A program made the translations under genes and the position numbers. A model generated the notes under the pieces. It was not told where the DNA came from, did not search any database, and saw only the letters and a program-made list of their open reading frames with translations. 64,000 nt of DNA from Felis catus (lineage: Eukaryota). The stretch is from positions 41,976,001 through 42,040,000 of the forward strand of contig NC_058368.1 in the NCBI RefSeq assembly GCF_018350175.1, given 5' to 3'. How positions within the stretch are numbered: the stretch's first letter is position 1; every line of letters begins with the position of its first letter. Positions 26,630 through 39,586 of this stretch are shown piece by piece.

Positions 26630-27894
26630 GAATCCTTGAGATTTGTATTTAGCATACTATTATGCTAAACTGAACTTTCCTATATTAGTGCAATTATATT
26701 AATTGCTGGAATATTTATGACATAACAAATATACCTTCCATCTAAACTTACCACAACTGTCATACACACACATATATAACCTGGAGTTGTAGATTCATCT
26801 GTATTTTCTACATATTGGACCAAATACTTGACCAAAATAACGTCTGTACTAGAATGGACCCGTTATGCTATCTGAAGACAAAACCACTGGATTTATGCAG
26901 AAACTGCATTTGGTAGGAATGAGAATCAACAAGTATTATATGTGTTACTCTCTGTGGTATGCAGGACTCCTTGTACATGCTTCCTATGATATTTTACATT
27001 GTTGAATACAAAGGTTAAGAATTAAATTTCTAAAAGAAAAGACACAAAAGAACAAAGGAGAAAATACCAAAGGACGATACATGACTTTTACAAGCAGCTC
27101 TTACAAATATTGAACTGTAGGGCTTAATAATAAAGCCTCATCTATATTTAAAAGTTATTGTCTACTTGGCTCCTGGTCTGTCCTGTTCAGCCCTCAGCTA
27201 AACAGTAAATGAAGTGTCCACATGACAGACTATTCAGCAGAACTGGCACTCTGATTACTTATTTAACAGTTTTATTTATTTATCAGTTTTGCCAGATGAA
27301 TAAACATGTTTTCCATACATTATCTTAATAGACTTGATGATGCAAAGACAATATTATACAATGTCATGTGTGTGTCTCAAACGATTGCAGTTTTTCTTCT
27401 AGAATTCTCAGTGTTAGATAGAAACATTCATTTATCATGTGCTAGGTCATTTTTTTTTCCCCAATAGCAACATTGGCTGAGTTCACGTTTTCAAGTACAA
27501 TTCATTATTCTGGATAACAGGGGCGTCCACCTCCTTGAGGGTCTGCCAAGATTTGCAGGATCTAAAATGCAGTTTGGTGGAGTGAAATGGAAATCAAAAG
27601 GCTGCCTTCAGCATTCATGCAGCTCTTTAAGCTGCAGGCAGCCCTTTCATCTATCAACGGGCCTTGGGATTAGAGTTTACAGAGAAACAAGGCTCACCCA
27701 CTCACTTATTTTTCCCACACAAAATCAGAATTAGGAGGACAAGCAGTGAGAACAAATGGCTGGTTCACTGCCTCTGGCACAGAGGGTCACTGCAACATTT
27801 TTTCTGCTTCTATCAGTGGTAAGAAAAATGTACACATTTCCCGCCTTAATAAATGTTGAATAGCCAATACAACTGTAGTGAGCACTTTTCATAT

Positions 27895-28010
27895 TCATTC
27901 ATTGCTTTTTTAAAACACATTTATTAAGTGTCCCCTGTGTGGTAGGCATCATTCTAGGCACTGGGGACACAGCACCAAGCAAACCTTCTCCTGGAGCTTC
28001 CATTCTATAG
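27895..28010 (-). mobile_element. L2 3' end fragment
   Basis: ttcattcatt...catttattaagtg...ttctaggcactggggacacagca...ctcctggagcttccattcta. Confidence 0.7.
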
Positions 28011-28236
28011 AAACTCATAAATATGTTAGATGGCAACGAGTACTCGGCAAAATACACCAAAGGGAATAGCACTGGAAGATATTCTGGAGGAAAATCTGCT
28101 TGCTTCACTGGGAAGGAGGATGATTTAACTGGTCTTTTTCTGTTTTCATTGTAATGGTGATCCAGGTCTGTGTGCAACTACTATCAATAAAATTACTAAT
28201 AGTAAAGCATAATCGATATTTTCCAGCAGGTGTACG

Positions 28237-28408
28237 TGTGCCAGATAAAATATCAGATACTCAGTTAAATATGAGTTTCAGATAAACATAAGTATTGCTT
28301 CAGTATAAGTATGCCCCTGATTAATCACGGTGTATTAAAAAAATGATTCATCTGAAATTCAAATTTTACTGGGTGTCCTGTATTTTATTTGCTAAAATGG
28401 GCAATTTA
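28237..28408 (+). mobile_element. MER53 palindromic MITE
   Basis: tgccagataaaata...cagttaaatatgagtttcagataaac ... atctgaaattcaaattttactgggtgtcctgtattttatttgctaaa. The arms are reverse complementary and match MER53 as recalled. Confidence 0.82.
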
Positions 28409-28529
28409 ACCAAGTGGTACTTTGTTTTTCTTCAGGTAGGCTGTTATAGCATAAGTAGCAGCCTTTCTCTTTTATCTGAAGCTTCCAAATTAGGATCATA
28501 ATCATCTAAGCACTGCTTAAATAAAAGTT

Positions 28530-28739
28530 GATTTTTATTAATTTTTATTTATTTTTAAGGTAGAGAGACAGAGCATGAGTGGGGGAGGGGCAGAGAGAGA
28601 GGAAGACACAGAATCAGAAGCAGGTTCCAGGCTCTGAGGTGTCAGCAGAGAACCTGATGTGGGGCTCAAACCCACAAACCACGAGATCATAACCTGAGCC
28701 GACGTCAGGTACTGAAACAACTGAGCCACCCAGGCGCCC
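28530..28739 (-). mobile_element. Can-SINE
   Basis: Full body with perfect TSD tgcttaaataaaagtt (28514-28529 / 28740-28755). Confidence 0.96.
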
Positions 28740-29029
28740 TGCTTAAATAAAAGTTAAAAGGAGGTCAGAGCTATGGTATTAATGTTTCTTATAACCCACA
28801 TATTTACACTGAAGTCATGTTACACTATGATCCTGGCTGTCCTTTTGTGATGTGAAAAGCAAAGCTTAGTTGATGGCTAATCTGAGATGACTCATCTCAC
28901 TCAAATTCAGGAGGCCAAAATTCAATGGTTTTCAATGGGTCTGGTAAAATGCTAAATATCCCTCATTGAAAAATGATTTGCTAAATATAAAAATATGAAG
29001 ATTAACAACAGAACCTTAGTTAAGGAGTG

Positions 29030-29285
29030 TCTTAAGGAGCCATTTACTTTAGTAGCTGAAAGCTGAATTCAAGCCACTAATCTCCACTCATTAGCACTGA
29101 GGCCATGAGGAATTTATTAGCAATTTATTAGTGATTTTAAACTTCAGGGGTTTTTTCCTTGTATGGGAAAATAATACTTAATTCATAAGGTTGTAATGAG
29201 GATGAAATGATTTCAGCCAGGAACATAATGTATCACAGTGCTTTGCACATTGTAAGTGCTCAATAAATGATAGATCTTATTATTA
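29030..29285 (+). mobile_element. MIR SINE
   Basis: MIR 3' motifs cataaggttgtaatgaggatgaaatga and gtaagtgctcaataaatgatag...ttattatta. Confidence 0.7.
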
Positions 29286-29419
29286 AAGTCCAAACTGTAT
29301 AACAAATTATGTAGTGTCTTCCACTTTTCTTTCATTAAACTCGGCTGTAATCACAGTTGTACGAGGTAGAAAAATTATGGGGGCTCCCTACAAACTGAAC
29401 TCCTATTAAAAGCAAACTT

Positions 29420-29633
29420 GGGGCACCTGGGTGGCTCAGTCAGTTGAGTGTCCAACTTTGTCTCAGGACATGATCTCACAGTCTGTGGGTTCGAGCCCAC
29501 AGACAGCTCAGAGCCTGGAGCCTGCTTGGGATTCTGTGTCTCCCTCTCTCTCTGCCCCTCCCCTGCTCATGTCTGTCTGTCTGTCTCTCTCTGTCAAAAA
29601 TAAATATAAACATTAAAAAAAAATTAAAAAAAA
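29420..29633 (+). mobile_element. Can-SINE with a small internal deletion
   Basis: ggggcacctgggtggctcagtc head. TSD taaaagcaaact (29407-29418 / 29634-29645). Confidence 0.95.
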
Positions 29634-31542
29634 TAAAAGCAAACTAAAGCCTCCTCAGGCATAAAACAATGTATTCTACCAAAGTTAATCCTAATTTCTA
29701 ATTAAGTATGTCACATAAAGACACCAGATTAACATCTTATACATAAATACATATGTGACATACATGTTTGTACGTGTTTTTATAGTACCAATGAATCGGC
29801 CTCAAAATTTACTTGATTGGATTGGCTATAGGAAAGTATGTCCAAAATCTAAACATCTGCTAAGTGGAATACTATGCACATTGTTGGCTACGGTAAGTAG
29901 CTGTAAAATTTTCCAATAGATATTCATCTAAGTCATAATTAAAATGACTGAGGAAATCTTCCAGTTAAGGAGTTGAACATTTTTGAGACTATTTCATAAT
30001 TTAATTATTATTATGTGACTACATATTTTATACATAATCCTCTTTTTCATATAAAGTATGAATAAAATGGGCATTGCCTAAGTAGACAAAAGTAAATTAA
30101 CAATAGCATGTTTTTTAAATGCTTCTTCAGATAGCCTGCAACATAAGTTAGAAGTCAGTAAAAATTGGCCAAGTGTGTGAATAAATAAAAAATGAAATTT
30201 TTGTAATACATGAAATGCTTTTTGAAATAAGTTAAAATGTTTGAATGAAAGAATGAAGCAATGAATAAGGTGTAGAGAGAAGAAATTTGCTTCTTTGGGA
30301 ACAATGTGGATCAGAGGGAATTTCATCACTGTGTATTTTGTGGTATATTTATCCTTCAAAACATAAACAGATAAAAGCCAATAAAACTTTTCAGTAAAAC
30401 TATCCATTAGATGTCTATGATAACTGATTATAGAGTTTACAGAGTATCATTAAGTTTAAGATTAAACTTTTAATTTATTGTGTAATTTCCATAAGCTGCT
30501 CTTATTGCCTGGAGAAAACATGCTAAGGTCTCAAATTTCAAGGACACCATACCGATTTGTTTTTAATAATTACGAAGTCCCACATATTTACGATCTCACA
30601 CATTTCTTTTGAATACACATTGGAGGGAAAAAACAATTTTAATATTTAAAAAGTCCCTTCATTTTGCTTTACTAGTGCAAAGAGGCAGCATTATAGTTAA
30701 CGTTTTGTTCCAGCTGCTTCCAATAAGAGGACAAGTCGCATTGTTCACTCAAACCTCCAATTCCCCAAACTAATAGTGCTAGAAAAGAGGCGAAGGGAAT
30801 AGACAGAGTTTGAACCTCACCCTAAAGGCTAATAGAAGAAAGTTCTGTCAAACTCCTCCAAGCAGGAGATACCCTAAGCTACAGTCAGGCTCAGAATCAA
30901 ACCAAGGGACTCCTTAGGCGTGCTGCTCCATTTGACCTCCACACCACCACAGGGTAAGAAAGGAAGTCATAGTTCCTAAAATAGTGGGAAAATAGATTAA
31001 AAATGTTTTAGGTCAAAATTAGCATCTTGAATTGTGAGAGGAGGGAAAATATAACAGTAAGGAAAACTGAAAGCGGATGATCTCTACAGAATATAATCTT
31101 GAATTGTAGCAAAGGAATTTACTTATGGACCTCTCATGGTCTCCTTTACTTCTCTGCCTTTTCACTCCATGGAAATCGCCAACTTGGTGTGTACTAAGTG
31201 AGGTCTTTGGGTGTCAGTAATGTTGCAAGTGTGTGATCACATGGCAGCTAATGTCAAAGAGGAAGGGGACGCTTAGCCATGGAGAAAGGAAACACTCCAT
31301 TCAGGCACTCATGCAATTCATTGAAAATGAGAAAGTCAATGCCATGTATCAGGCTTTCTAACAATGAATCAGGAATATCTGCCCCCAATTCATTAGGGCC
31401 CAAATAAATAAGCAATTCACATATATAAAAAAAAAATGGAAACATACTCCAAATGAAATAGAAAAATTTGATTTCCGTATCAATAGAATTTTGAATGTAA
31501 TAAATTATTACAAATATATCATTTTTGTTAACATACACACAC

Positions 31543-31546
<4 letters not shown>

Positions 31547-31595
<49 letters not shown>

Positions 31596-31610
31596 TATAT
31601 ACATATATAT
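31547..31610. repeat. Compound (TA)n(CA)n microsatellite
   Basis: Seen directly. Confidence 0.95.
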
Positions 31611-32764
31611 AAAATAAAAGCAGATGTTGTATTTTGTCCTTATCTTTCCAACAGCAATTTTATCTCATTACAGGTTACTATTACTAATTCAAATATCTAT
31701 CAGTATAACATAAATCTATAATACATGAATTTTTATCATGTGAAGATAAACATAATAGAAGATGGAGTGGGTCTTCAACTTTAAAAACTATGAAAATTTG
31801 TACTTTCCATATATATTTGGCAGATTATTTTGACGAGTTGACCACGTGAGAATTTTAAAACTATTCAGTAACCACCTAAACTATCAAAATTATGCATATT
31901 GCCTTTCCTCCGATTTTATATTTTAAAAAACATTTTAAAATTATTTGAAAAAAAACAATTCTTTTTGAAAGCTATGAAGTAGATACAAATGTTGTCTGAA
32001 CAGTCAAAATACAGTTCCCTGTATTCATAAACAAATTCTGGCACATGATTCATGGAAATACCCCACAGGTGTCTCCTCATTTGTTAACTTACATTATCGT
32101 TTTAGTTTATTAACTCAAATTTCATTAGAGACATCATAACGATAGGACTAGGTGTGAGGAGAAAAAGCATTTCTCACTTAATAACAATGATACTGACATT
32201 TTTGAGCTCTTATTATCTGTCAGACCTTATTTTGGACATTTTGCTTATATTATTTCTAATACTCCAATAGTTACCTTATTATCTTAAAGGGACAGTGAGT
32301 GAGCAAGACTGAAAAAAACAAGAGAGACAGAGGAAAGAGAACAAGATTGAGAAACAGAGAAAGGAGGACACACTGAGAGAGAGAGACTGAGACTTAACAT
32401 CACTAGAAAGTGCAAGGCCAGTGTCAACCTCAATTTTCCTTATTTTGGAGAACATGTTCCTAGGTCCCTGCAGATAGTAAAATACCTGCCTATTCCATAC
32501 TTTTTTAAACAACAAACAAACCAAAGCACTAAAAAGCCTTCCAACTGTGCTAGCATCATGTAAAATTGATAGACTACAGACCAATTTCCCTTCTCTCTTA
32601 TGCTGTTTGTTGCTAATGTCAAAACTTTACTGCATGTGGAGTATTGGTGTTTCTGGCTCAAAATACCTGGACTTCTTATTTTAAAACATAACCTACTGCA
32701 CAATAGTTTTGACTTAGGAGGGACTACTAAAGAGTTACTGTTAGATATTCTATAGTTACTATCA

Positions 32765-32981
32765 TTTTTTTTTAATGTGTTCTATTTATTTGTGTGAGAG
32801 AGAGCGACAGAGTGTGAGCGGGGAGGGGCAGAGAGAGAGAGAGGGAGACACAGAATCGGAAGCAGGCTCCAGGCTCTGAACTGTCAGCACAGAGACCGAC
32901 GCGGGGCTTGAACTCACCAACCGTGAGATCATGACCTGAGCCAAGTCGGACGCTTAACCGACTGAGCCACCCAGGTGCCCC
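32765..32981 (-). mobile_element. Can-SINE (feliform type, several CpGs retained)
   Basis: Full body ending cgactgagccacccaggtgcccc, with diverged TSD ctatag(t/c)ta. Confidence 0.95.
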
Positions 32982-33315
32982 TATAGCTATTTCTCAAGGA
33001 GCTTCAATCAGAACTCAACATTGTCTTCCAAATGAAGAACACTCTTTTACGTCTTTAAAAAAAAATATATTTCCCTATTAAAAAGAGGTCTTGAGAAAAT
33101 ATTCCACTGAGACACCACTCTTCTTATGATAGGATGGTACCTTTGCTAAGACTCAGTGTGCTGTTTTGTGGGGCCCCTGCATCTATTTTGGTCTCTAGAT
33201 ATAGTTTCACAATTGTCATATTGTGCTTAGTTGAAGACTGCATCTTCAAAAAACATACAAAATAATGTACACCCTTCCTTAACTAAAGCAATTTCTTTTT
33301 TCTTCCATGGAATAC

Positions 33316-33526
33316 TTTATTTTAATTTTTAAAATGTTTATATATTTATTTTGAGAGAAAGAGAGAGCAAGAGAGGGGTAGAGAGAGAGGGAGAGAGAAT
33401 CCCAAGCAGGGTCCACGCTGTCAGCGCAGAGCCCAATGCAGGGCTCGATCTCACAAGCCAAGAGATCATGACCTGAGCCAAAATCAAGAGTCAGACACTT
33501 AACTAACTGAGTCACCCACGTACCCC
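33316..33526 (-). mobile_element. Can-SINE
   Basis: Full body, flanked by ccatggaa at 33305-33312 and 33526-33533. Confidence 0.93.
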
Positions 33527-33552
33527 CATGGAAATTTAAAAACATAGCCTAA

Positions 33553-33773
33553 GGGGTGCCTGGATGGCTCGGTCAATTGAAATGTCTGACTCTTGATTTC
33601 AGCTTAGGTACGATCCTAGGGTTCTTGGGATCAAGCCTGGAGTTGGGCTCCACACTCAGCATGGAGCCTGCTTGAGATTTTCTTTCTCTCCCTCTTCCTC
33701 TCTCTCCCCCTCTTTCCCTTTGCCCCTCTTGCCCACTCACTCTCTCTCTAAAATTAAAAAACAAAACAAAAAA
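33553..33773 (+). mobile_element. Can-SINE (diverged), head-to-head with the preceding SINE
   Basis: ggggtgcctggatggctcggtc head, gagcctgcttgagatt, CT-rich tract and A-tail. Confidence 0.92.
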
Positions 33774-34570
33774 CAGTTTAAATTTTCTTATTTTATGCCA
33801 ATGTGAAGGGTTTATTATTTGAATACTGAGGAATGATAAAATACTTTTTCATATCAAAACACAAAAACATGAAAAAAAAATCAATGAAACCAGTGCCTGC
33901 ACTTTAGGAAGATTAGGTTTAATTCTTTCCTTCCAATGAGCATTTAAATTGTAATTGTCATTATGTTATTTTTCACTGCACTGTTTATTTGCAGAGATTA
34001 AATGGCAAATTTGCTCAAAGTACAGTATATTGCCTGTTTGCAGATCTGACAATGAGTTAGGTTATTACTAATTGCAAAGAAATAAAGAGTTTTCTGGACA
34101 ATTAGGAATAAATCTGTAAAGGTCCAAAATTCAAGTGAAGATTAGGATTCTAGAATGTCCTAAGATTTTCATTAATATTCCTCTTATATAACTAAGTGCT
34201 TACCAGTTAATACTATTTGTAGATGCTTGAGTTGATCTTATAGAATTGCCAAATTCCCTCCATGTTATTATTCAAAAAGCACACACACACTCTCTCTCTC
34301 TTCAAATTGGTATTAAATCACACATTTTTTTCAAACAAAATTTTCTATATATGAAAGTAAAGTGGAATGCAGAGTTAAGACATAGTGATAATTCAAAATA
34401 CACTAAAAAAACAAACAAAAAACAGTATCTATCTTTCCTTAACTGGTCAGCAAGAAATTGGAATTTAGGGAAGATGGGTCCCCTGTTTCTTTCCATGTAT
34501 ATTAGTGTGAGGACAGAGTTGAAGCCAAAGAGTTTGCTTAGATAATTGTTTGACTTTAATTCTTATACTT

Positions 34571-34787
34571 ACAGCTAACATAATTGAAAACTTACTATGA
34601 ATCTAGAACTATTCTAAGTGAGTCACAGGTGTTGACCCGTTGCAATCTGTACAATAAGTCTATAGGTATATAGTCTGGTGCTCATCCCACATGGCAGATG
34701 ATGTCACTGGCAGAGTAACTGGCCCCAACTCTCTCAGCCAGAAAATGGAAGAGGCCTGGTTTGTGCTCAGTCTATCTAGCTCCATGG
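34571..34787 (-). mobile_element. MIR SINE
   Basis: acagctaacat...cttactatg...ctattctaagtg, core atcccacatggcagatgatgtcactgg, and taactggcccca. Confidence 0.6.
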
Positions 34788-35510
34788 CAATTAATGAGTG
34801 TCTTTTGTTTGAGGTCTTTAAAACGTATTTTGTGTGTTTTATACGGATATATTTTCTAGGAAATGTAACCAAAGCCTTAAAATTTCAGGAACAAATTTAT
34901 ACACTGTCTCTTCCTTTCTCTCTCCCTTTCTCTCCACCTCACTCTCCTTCCATGTTGACAAAGGTTCTCTTGGAAGTGGTAAGATCCTAAAAAGTATAGA
35001 TTAGATCCTGACAGTAAAGAGAGGACATAAAAGTCAATGAAAACATAAAGAATCCTAAAATATGATGTATTGCAAGAACCATCAAAGCAATAAATAAATA
35101 AATAAATAGATAATCATGAATCAAAAACTTTAACCAGAATTTCTGTTTGAAACAACAGTAAAAGACCAACATAGATATCATCATTCAGCATTGGAACAGT
35201 ACATTTACAGTGTTATATATAAGCACAAACTGAATTTCCAATGTTGAAATATGATTATTTTCTGTACACAGGAATTAATATATGTATAATATATATTATA
35301 TAATATTATATTATATTAATGATATATAAATTATTATTATATATTAATGATATATAAATAATGTTTTTACATGAGGCAGTGTTGCATGACAAATTGTAAT
35401 ATAATGTCAACAAATCACTGCTCTGAATATTATTTACAATTAAATATATGCCCAGGATAGATTTCCTCATAATATTTGAATTATATGATTTAATTCATTC
35501 AGTGTATCAT

Positions 35511-35732
35511 TAGGGTAAAGCTACCAGATTTAGAAAAAATAAATAAATTTAAATTTCAGGTAAACAATAAATGTATTTTAGTTAAGTAACTCTTAAATAT
35601 TACAAGGTATATTGCAATATTGCTATATTTGGGATATACATAGATCTCCCTCCTGAATTGTTTATATGAAATTCACTATTTATATGAAATTTAAATTTAA
35701 CTGGTCATCCTGTGCTTTATCTGGCAAACTTA
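35511..35732 (-). mobile_element. MER53 palindromic MITE (second copy, opposite orientation)
   Basis: tagggt...ccagatttagaaaaaataaa...aaatttaaatttcaggtaaacaa ... tgaaatttaaatttaactggtcatcctgtgctttatctggcaa. Confidence 0.75.
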
Positions 35733-35941
35733 CTTTAGGGTCATTAAAATTTGGGTAGTCATATATTTGTTAGTCACATAAATCTGAATATATCTCCTGG
35801 CAGAAATGTATGTCAACTAGCATTAAGGTAAATTTGGGACATTTTACACAAACAGCTGTATTTCTTCAAAACTTTCAAATTGTTTTAAAACTCTATAGAC
35901 ATTTTATTTATTTATTTTTATATATTAAGATAAAATAATAT

Positions 35942-36167
35942 GGGGTATGTGGTGGCTCCCACAATTTAGTGTCCAACTCTTCATCTCAGCTCAGGTCATG
36001 ATCTCACAATTGGTGAGATCCATCCCCGCAGTGGCTCTGTGCTGACAGCGTGGAACCTGCTTGGGATTCTCTCTCTCTCCCTCTCTCTGACCCTGTCCTA
36101 CTCACACTCACACTCTCTCTTTCTGTCCTACCCCCCTTTCAAAATAAATAAATAAAGATTAAAAAAA
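35942..36167 (+). mobile_element. Can-SINE (diverged)
   Basis: ctcagctcaggtcatgatctcac, ggctctgtgctgacag, cctgcttgggattctctctc and an aataa tail. Confidence 0.92.
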
Positions 36168-37123
36168 GGTGAGACATTAGTTTGATTTTTTGAGTATATG
36201 TCCTTTGTAATTAGTAATTATTTCCACGCTTTTCTGTGAGATGGCTTTATTTTGAGGTTTAAAAAAAGAACAACTTAGTTTTATGCTTCTAAGAGTTACT
36301 GAAATCAGTAAGCTCTTTTTAGATATCACTACTGATTTACCTATCACTTTTACCAATCTCAAAATATAAACAGAGACATACAAACAGTTTTTCACCACTA
36401 GGGCATACCACACACTCAGGGTTAAGTAACATCATTTCTCTTTATGGATCCTTAGAAGAATGCATCACATGACAGCATATAGCTAAGGAAATTCAATTCC
36501 TCCAGCACACCAATGAAAGTTGACATTACCCTTACTTTACACTAGGAGGCATATTGTTACTATAGATTTTTCTACTATAATACTAAAGACTTTGTGACCC
36601 GTTTAATAAGCTTAAATGCAAGAGAGTATTTATTAAAATGTTTTAAGTATTTATAATAAATGAGTACTCAAAGCTAATTATTTTTGGGAATTAAGTCATA
36701 CTTTAAATTGATGAGATCTAAAACTTTCCAGCAGGAAAGCTTGTGTCCCTGCCTGCTTTACAGCCATCTTTTAACTACTTTAAGTAATATTTTATAAAGT
36801 CATCTAATTGTATCTTTAAAAAAAATAAAATGATAGTAAACAGAAAATATATTGTGTATAATTAATAACAAATACTTTAAAATATTAAAGTGAACATAAG
36901 TATTTTAAAGTAAAACAATGCAAATGCTGGAACATAAATATGCTTTAGTACATAATTTTTACCAGTCTTTATTTAGCAAAAATAAAATAGTGATGCTCAT
37001 CAGATACGATAAATATGAAAAAAAAAGTCACATGAAAAGAATTTAAAGCATAAAGTTTTTTAGAGTTTGAAGCTAACATTTTTTTGGAATTTAATTTCTT
37101 CAAATGTATAACAATTTTTCATT

Positions 37124-37347
37124 TCATTTTATTTTTTTTAATGTTTATTTATTTTTGAGAGAGAGAAACAGACAGGGCATGAATGGGGGAGGGGAAGAGA
37201 GAGAGGAAGGAGACACAGAATCTGAAGCAGGCTCCAGGCTCTGAGCTGTCAGCACAGAGCCCGACCTGGGGTTCAAACTCACTGACCGAGAGATTATGAC
37301 CTGAGCCGAAGTTGGATGCTTAACCTACTGAGCCACCCAGGCGCCCC
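37124..37347 (-). mobile_element. Can-SINE
   Basis: Full body ending ccacccaggcgcccc. TSD aacaatttt(t/a)cat at about 37110 and 37348. Confidence 0.95.
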
Positions 37348-38991
37348 AACAATTTTACATATTAAAATGCACTATGGTAATTTTTAAAACCTGACTGGAG
37401 CCTATATTGTTAAATAATCAGATACATATTTTGCTTGTTCTATACTTTTTCACTATCTAGTGATAATACTAGTATTAAAATATAATGATACCTGTAAACT
37501 GAGCATGTTATATGCCAGTGGCCCGCTGGCCCCAACCTTCAGTGTGTTAGGTCATAGGTTATTTTGATTCCATAGTCTTTGTTCTTAATAACAATTCCAC
37601 ACTGCTCTCAAAAAAAGTCATTAACTATATACAGGACTTAAATCTCCCCAGAGTTTTCAAATATCTTTACTCCACTCCACCTTCACCTTTGCCTGCCTTA
37701 AATGTTAAGGTTTGTTATGATTTCTTTCTTGGGTTCCTTGTCTCTCCTCATAATTATGATATTTGCTCAAAGAATTTCATTCACGTTGTTTCATTAGTTT
37801 CCAGTTTCCAACCCAGAATCATATTCCCACTTCCTAGCTAATCTTGTCCAGCAGTTCAAACTTCAACATTAAAGGAAAAATTGTTAATTCCTAACCTGAG
37901 TTTTTCTCTTATATTCCCTCATTTATTTCATTTCATAATTTTCCAATGTCTCACAAACTGAAACCTTGAAAAGACCCTCAAGTCTTTCTTTTCCCTCTCT
38001 GCTATATCCTATCCTTACCATCATTTAAAATCTGGTCCCAACCTATTTCTGAATCCAGTTTCATTTATTGTCACACACTCAAACAATTTAATATCAACCA
38101 TTCACGGAGTATCTACTATGTTTCAGGTTCTGTGCTAGGTTAATATCTGTATCAAATAACTGTAATTTTTATAATAATATTTGTATAGATTATTAATAGT
38201 CCCATTTTGGAGGTTAGGAATCTCAGCCCAAGAAGCAGACCTAATCATATTTTCATGTGCTTCAAAGTTATTGAACTATTCACTGCTTGCCCAACTGTCC
38301 ATGACCTTTAATAGCACCAAGAAGCCTACACTGGCAAGAGTGCTTGCACACGTGCACACATGCATATGCACAAACATTTTATTTACTTAGACAATTTCTA
38401 TTCATTCAATGCCACTTCTTTAAAGCATCACTTTATCAAAAGAATCTTTACTGATTACTTATTCAAGACTTATTGTATGCTAAAACCCACTTTTTTATAC
38501 ACTTAACCATTAGCATATTATAGTTCACTAACGTATTAGCATCCAGTATCTTCTAACGAAATCAGTGCTTATTTTCGTTTTTCTTCTAATTATTTTTTTT
38601 GTTGTTGTTTTTTGTTTTCTTAACAGTCTATAAAATGCTCATATCATACCATCATAGAAAAAAAATGCAAAACAATTTCAGGAACTTCACACATTTCCCA
38701 AAAACCTTCTCGTAGGCTTTGCCAACTAAGGAACTCAGAGTAAGAACTTTTGCTCTCCTAGTTTATAGTAACAGTGAGTTTTTGTAAGGTTTTCTAAGTC
38801 TCAGTTTTAATGTCTATTCTAGAAACTGTCTTAGTACCTGGTATACAGTAGCCTCTACATGAGTATTTACAGAACGAACAGACAAATTAATAAATAAATA
38901 AGTAAATCATGGAAAAGCCAAGCGAATAAAGGATCTGAAGCAAAAACTTTAAATACTAAGATATATCAGGATAACTAAGTCTTATATAGAT

Positions 38992-39543
38992 TATGGTAGA
39001 ACTACTCTAGGGTGGCCCCTCATAGCCCCTACCTCCGGGTGTTCACAACTATGTGTATACCATTTGCTTGAGTCTGGGCAGGGCCTGAGACTTGCTTCTA
39101 ACCAATAGAATATGGAAATGGTGGTGGAATATCACTCCTGTGATTAAGTCTGTAGGACTTAATGCTGCTACAAACTCACTATAGAGACTCTGTCTCCCCG
39201 ATGGGCTTTAAAGAAGTAAGTAGGCATGTTGGAAGGCAGCTGCGGGTGGCCTCTAGGAGCTGAAAGCAGTCTCCAGTTAAAAACCAGAAAGATGCTGGGG
39301 TTCTTAGTCCTACAAATGCAAGGAAATAAATTTTGTTGACAGTCTGAAAAATCTTAGTAAATTCTTCCATGGTTTGCATGCAAATAAGAATGTAACCTCC
39401 CTGATACCTTGGCTGTAGGCTTTTGAGACCCTAAACAAAGAACTCAGCCAAGCTATGCTCAGACTCTTGACGTAAAGATACTATGACATTATGAATGTGT
39501 GTTGTTATAAGGCACTAAGTGTTGTAATCAGCAAAAGAACACA
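38992..39543 (+). mobile_element. MaLR solo LTR (MLT1E/MLT1D-like)
   Basis: gagacttgcttctaaccaatagaatatgg, gggtggcctctaggagctga, agtcctacaaatgcaaggaaataaatt, tgagaccctaaaca, and tgtgtgttgttataaggcactaag. Confidence 0.85.
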
Positions 39544-39546
39544 GAT

Positions 39547-39586
<40 letters not shown>
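39547..39586. repeat. (GATA)10 tetranucleotide microsatellite
   Basis: Seen directly. Confidence 0.95.

Noticed and set aside
21902..31721. ORFs with YIYIYI runs (21902, 21929, 31254, 31491)
   Set aside because: They are translations of (TA)n microsatellites. The 21929 ORF is a dead L1 ORF2 fragment.
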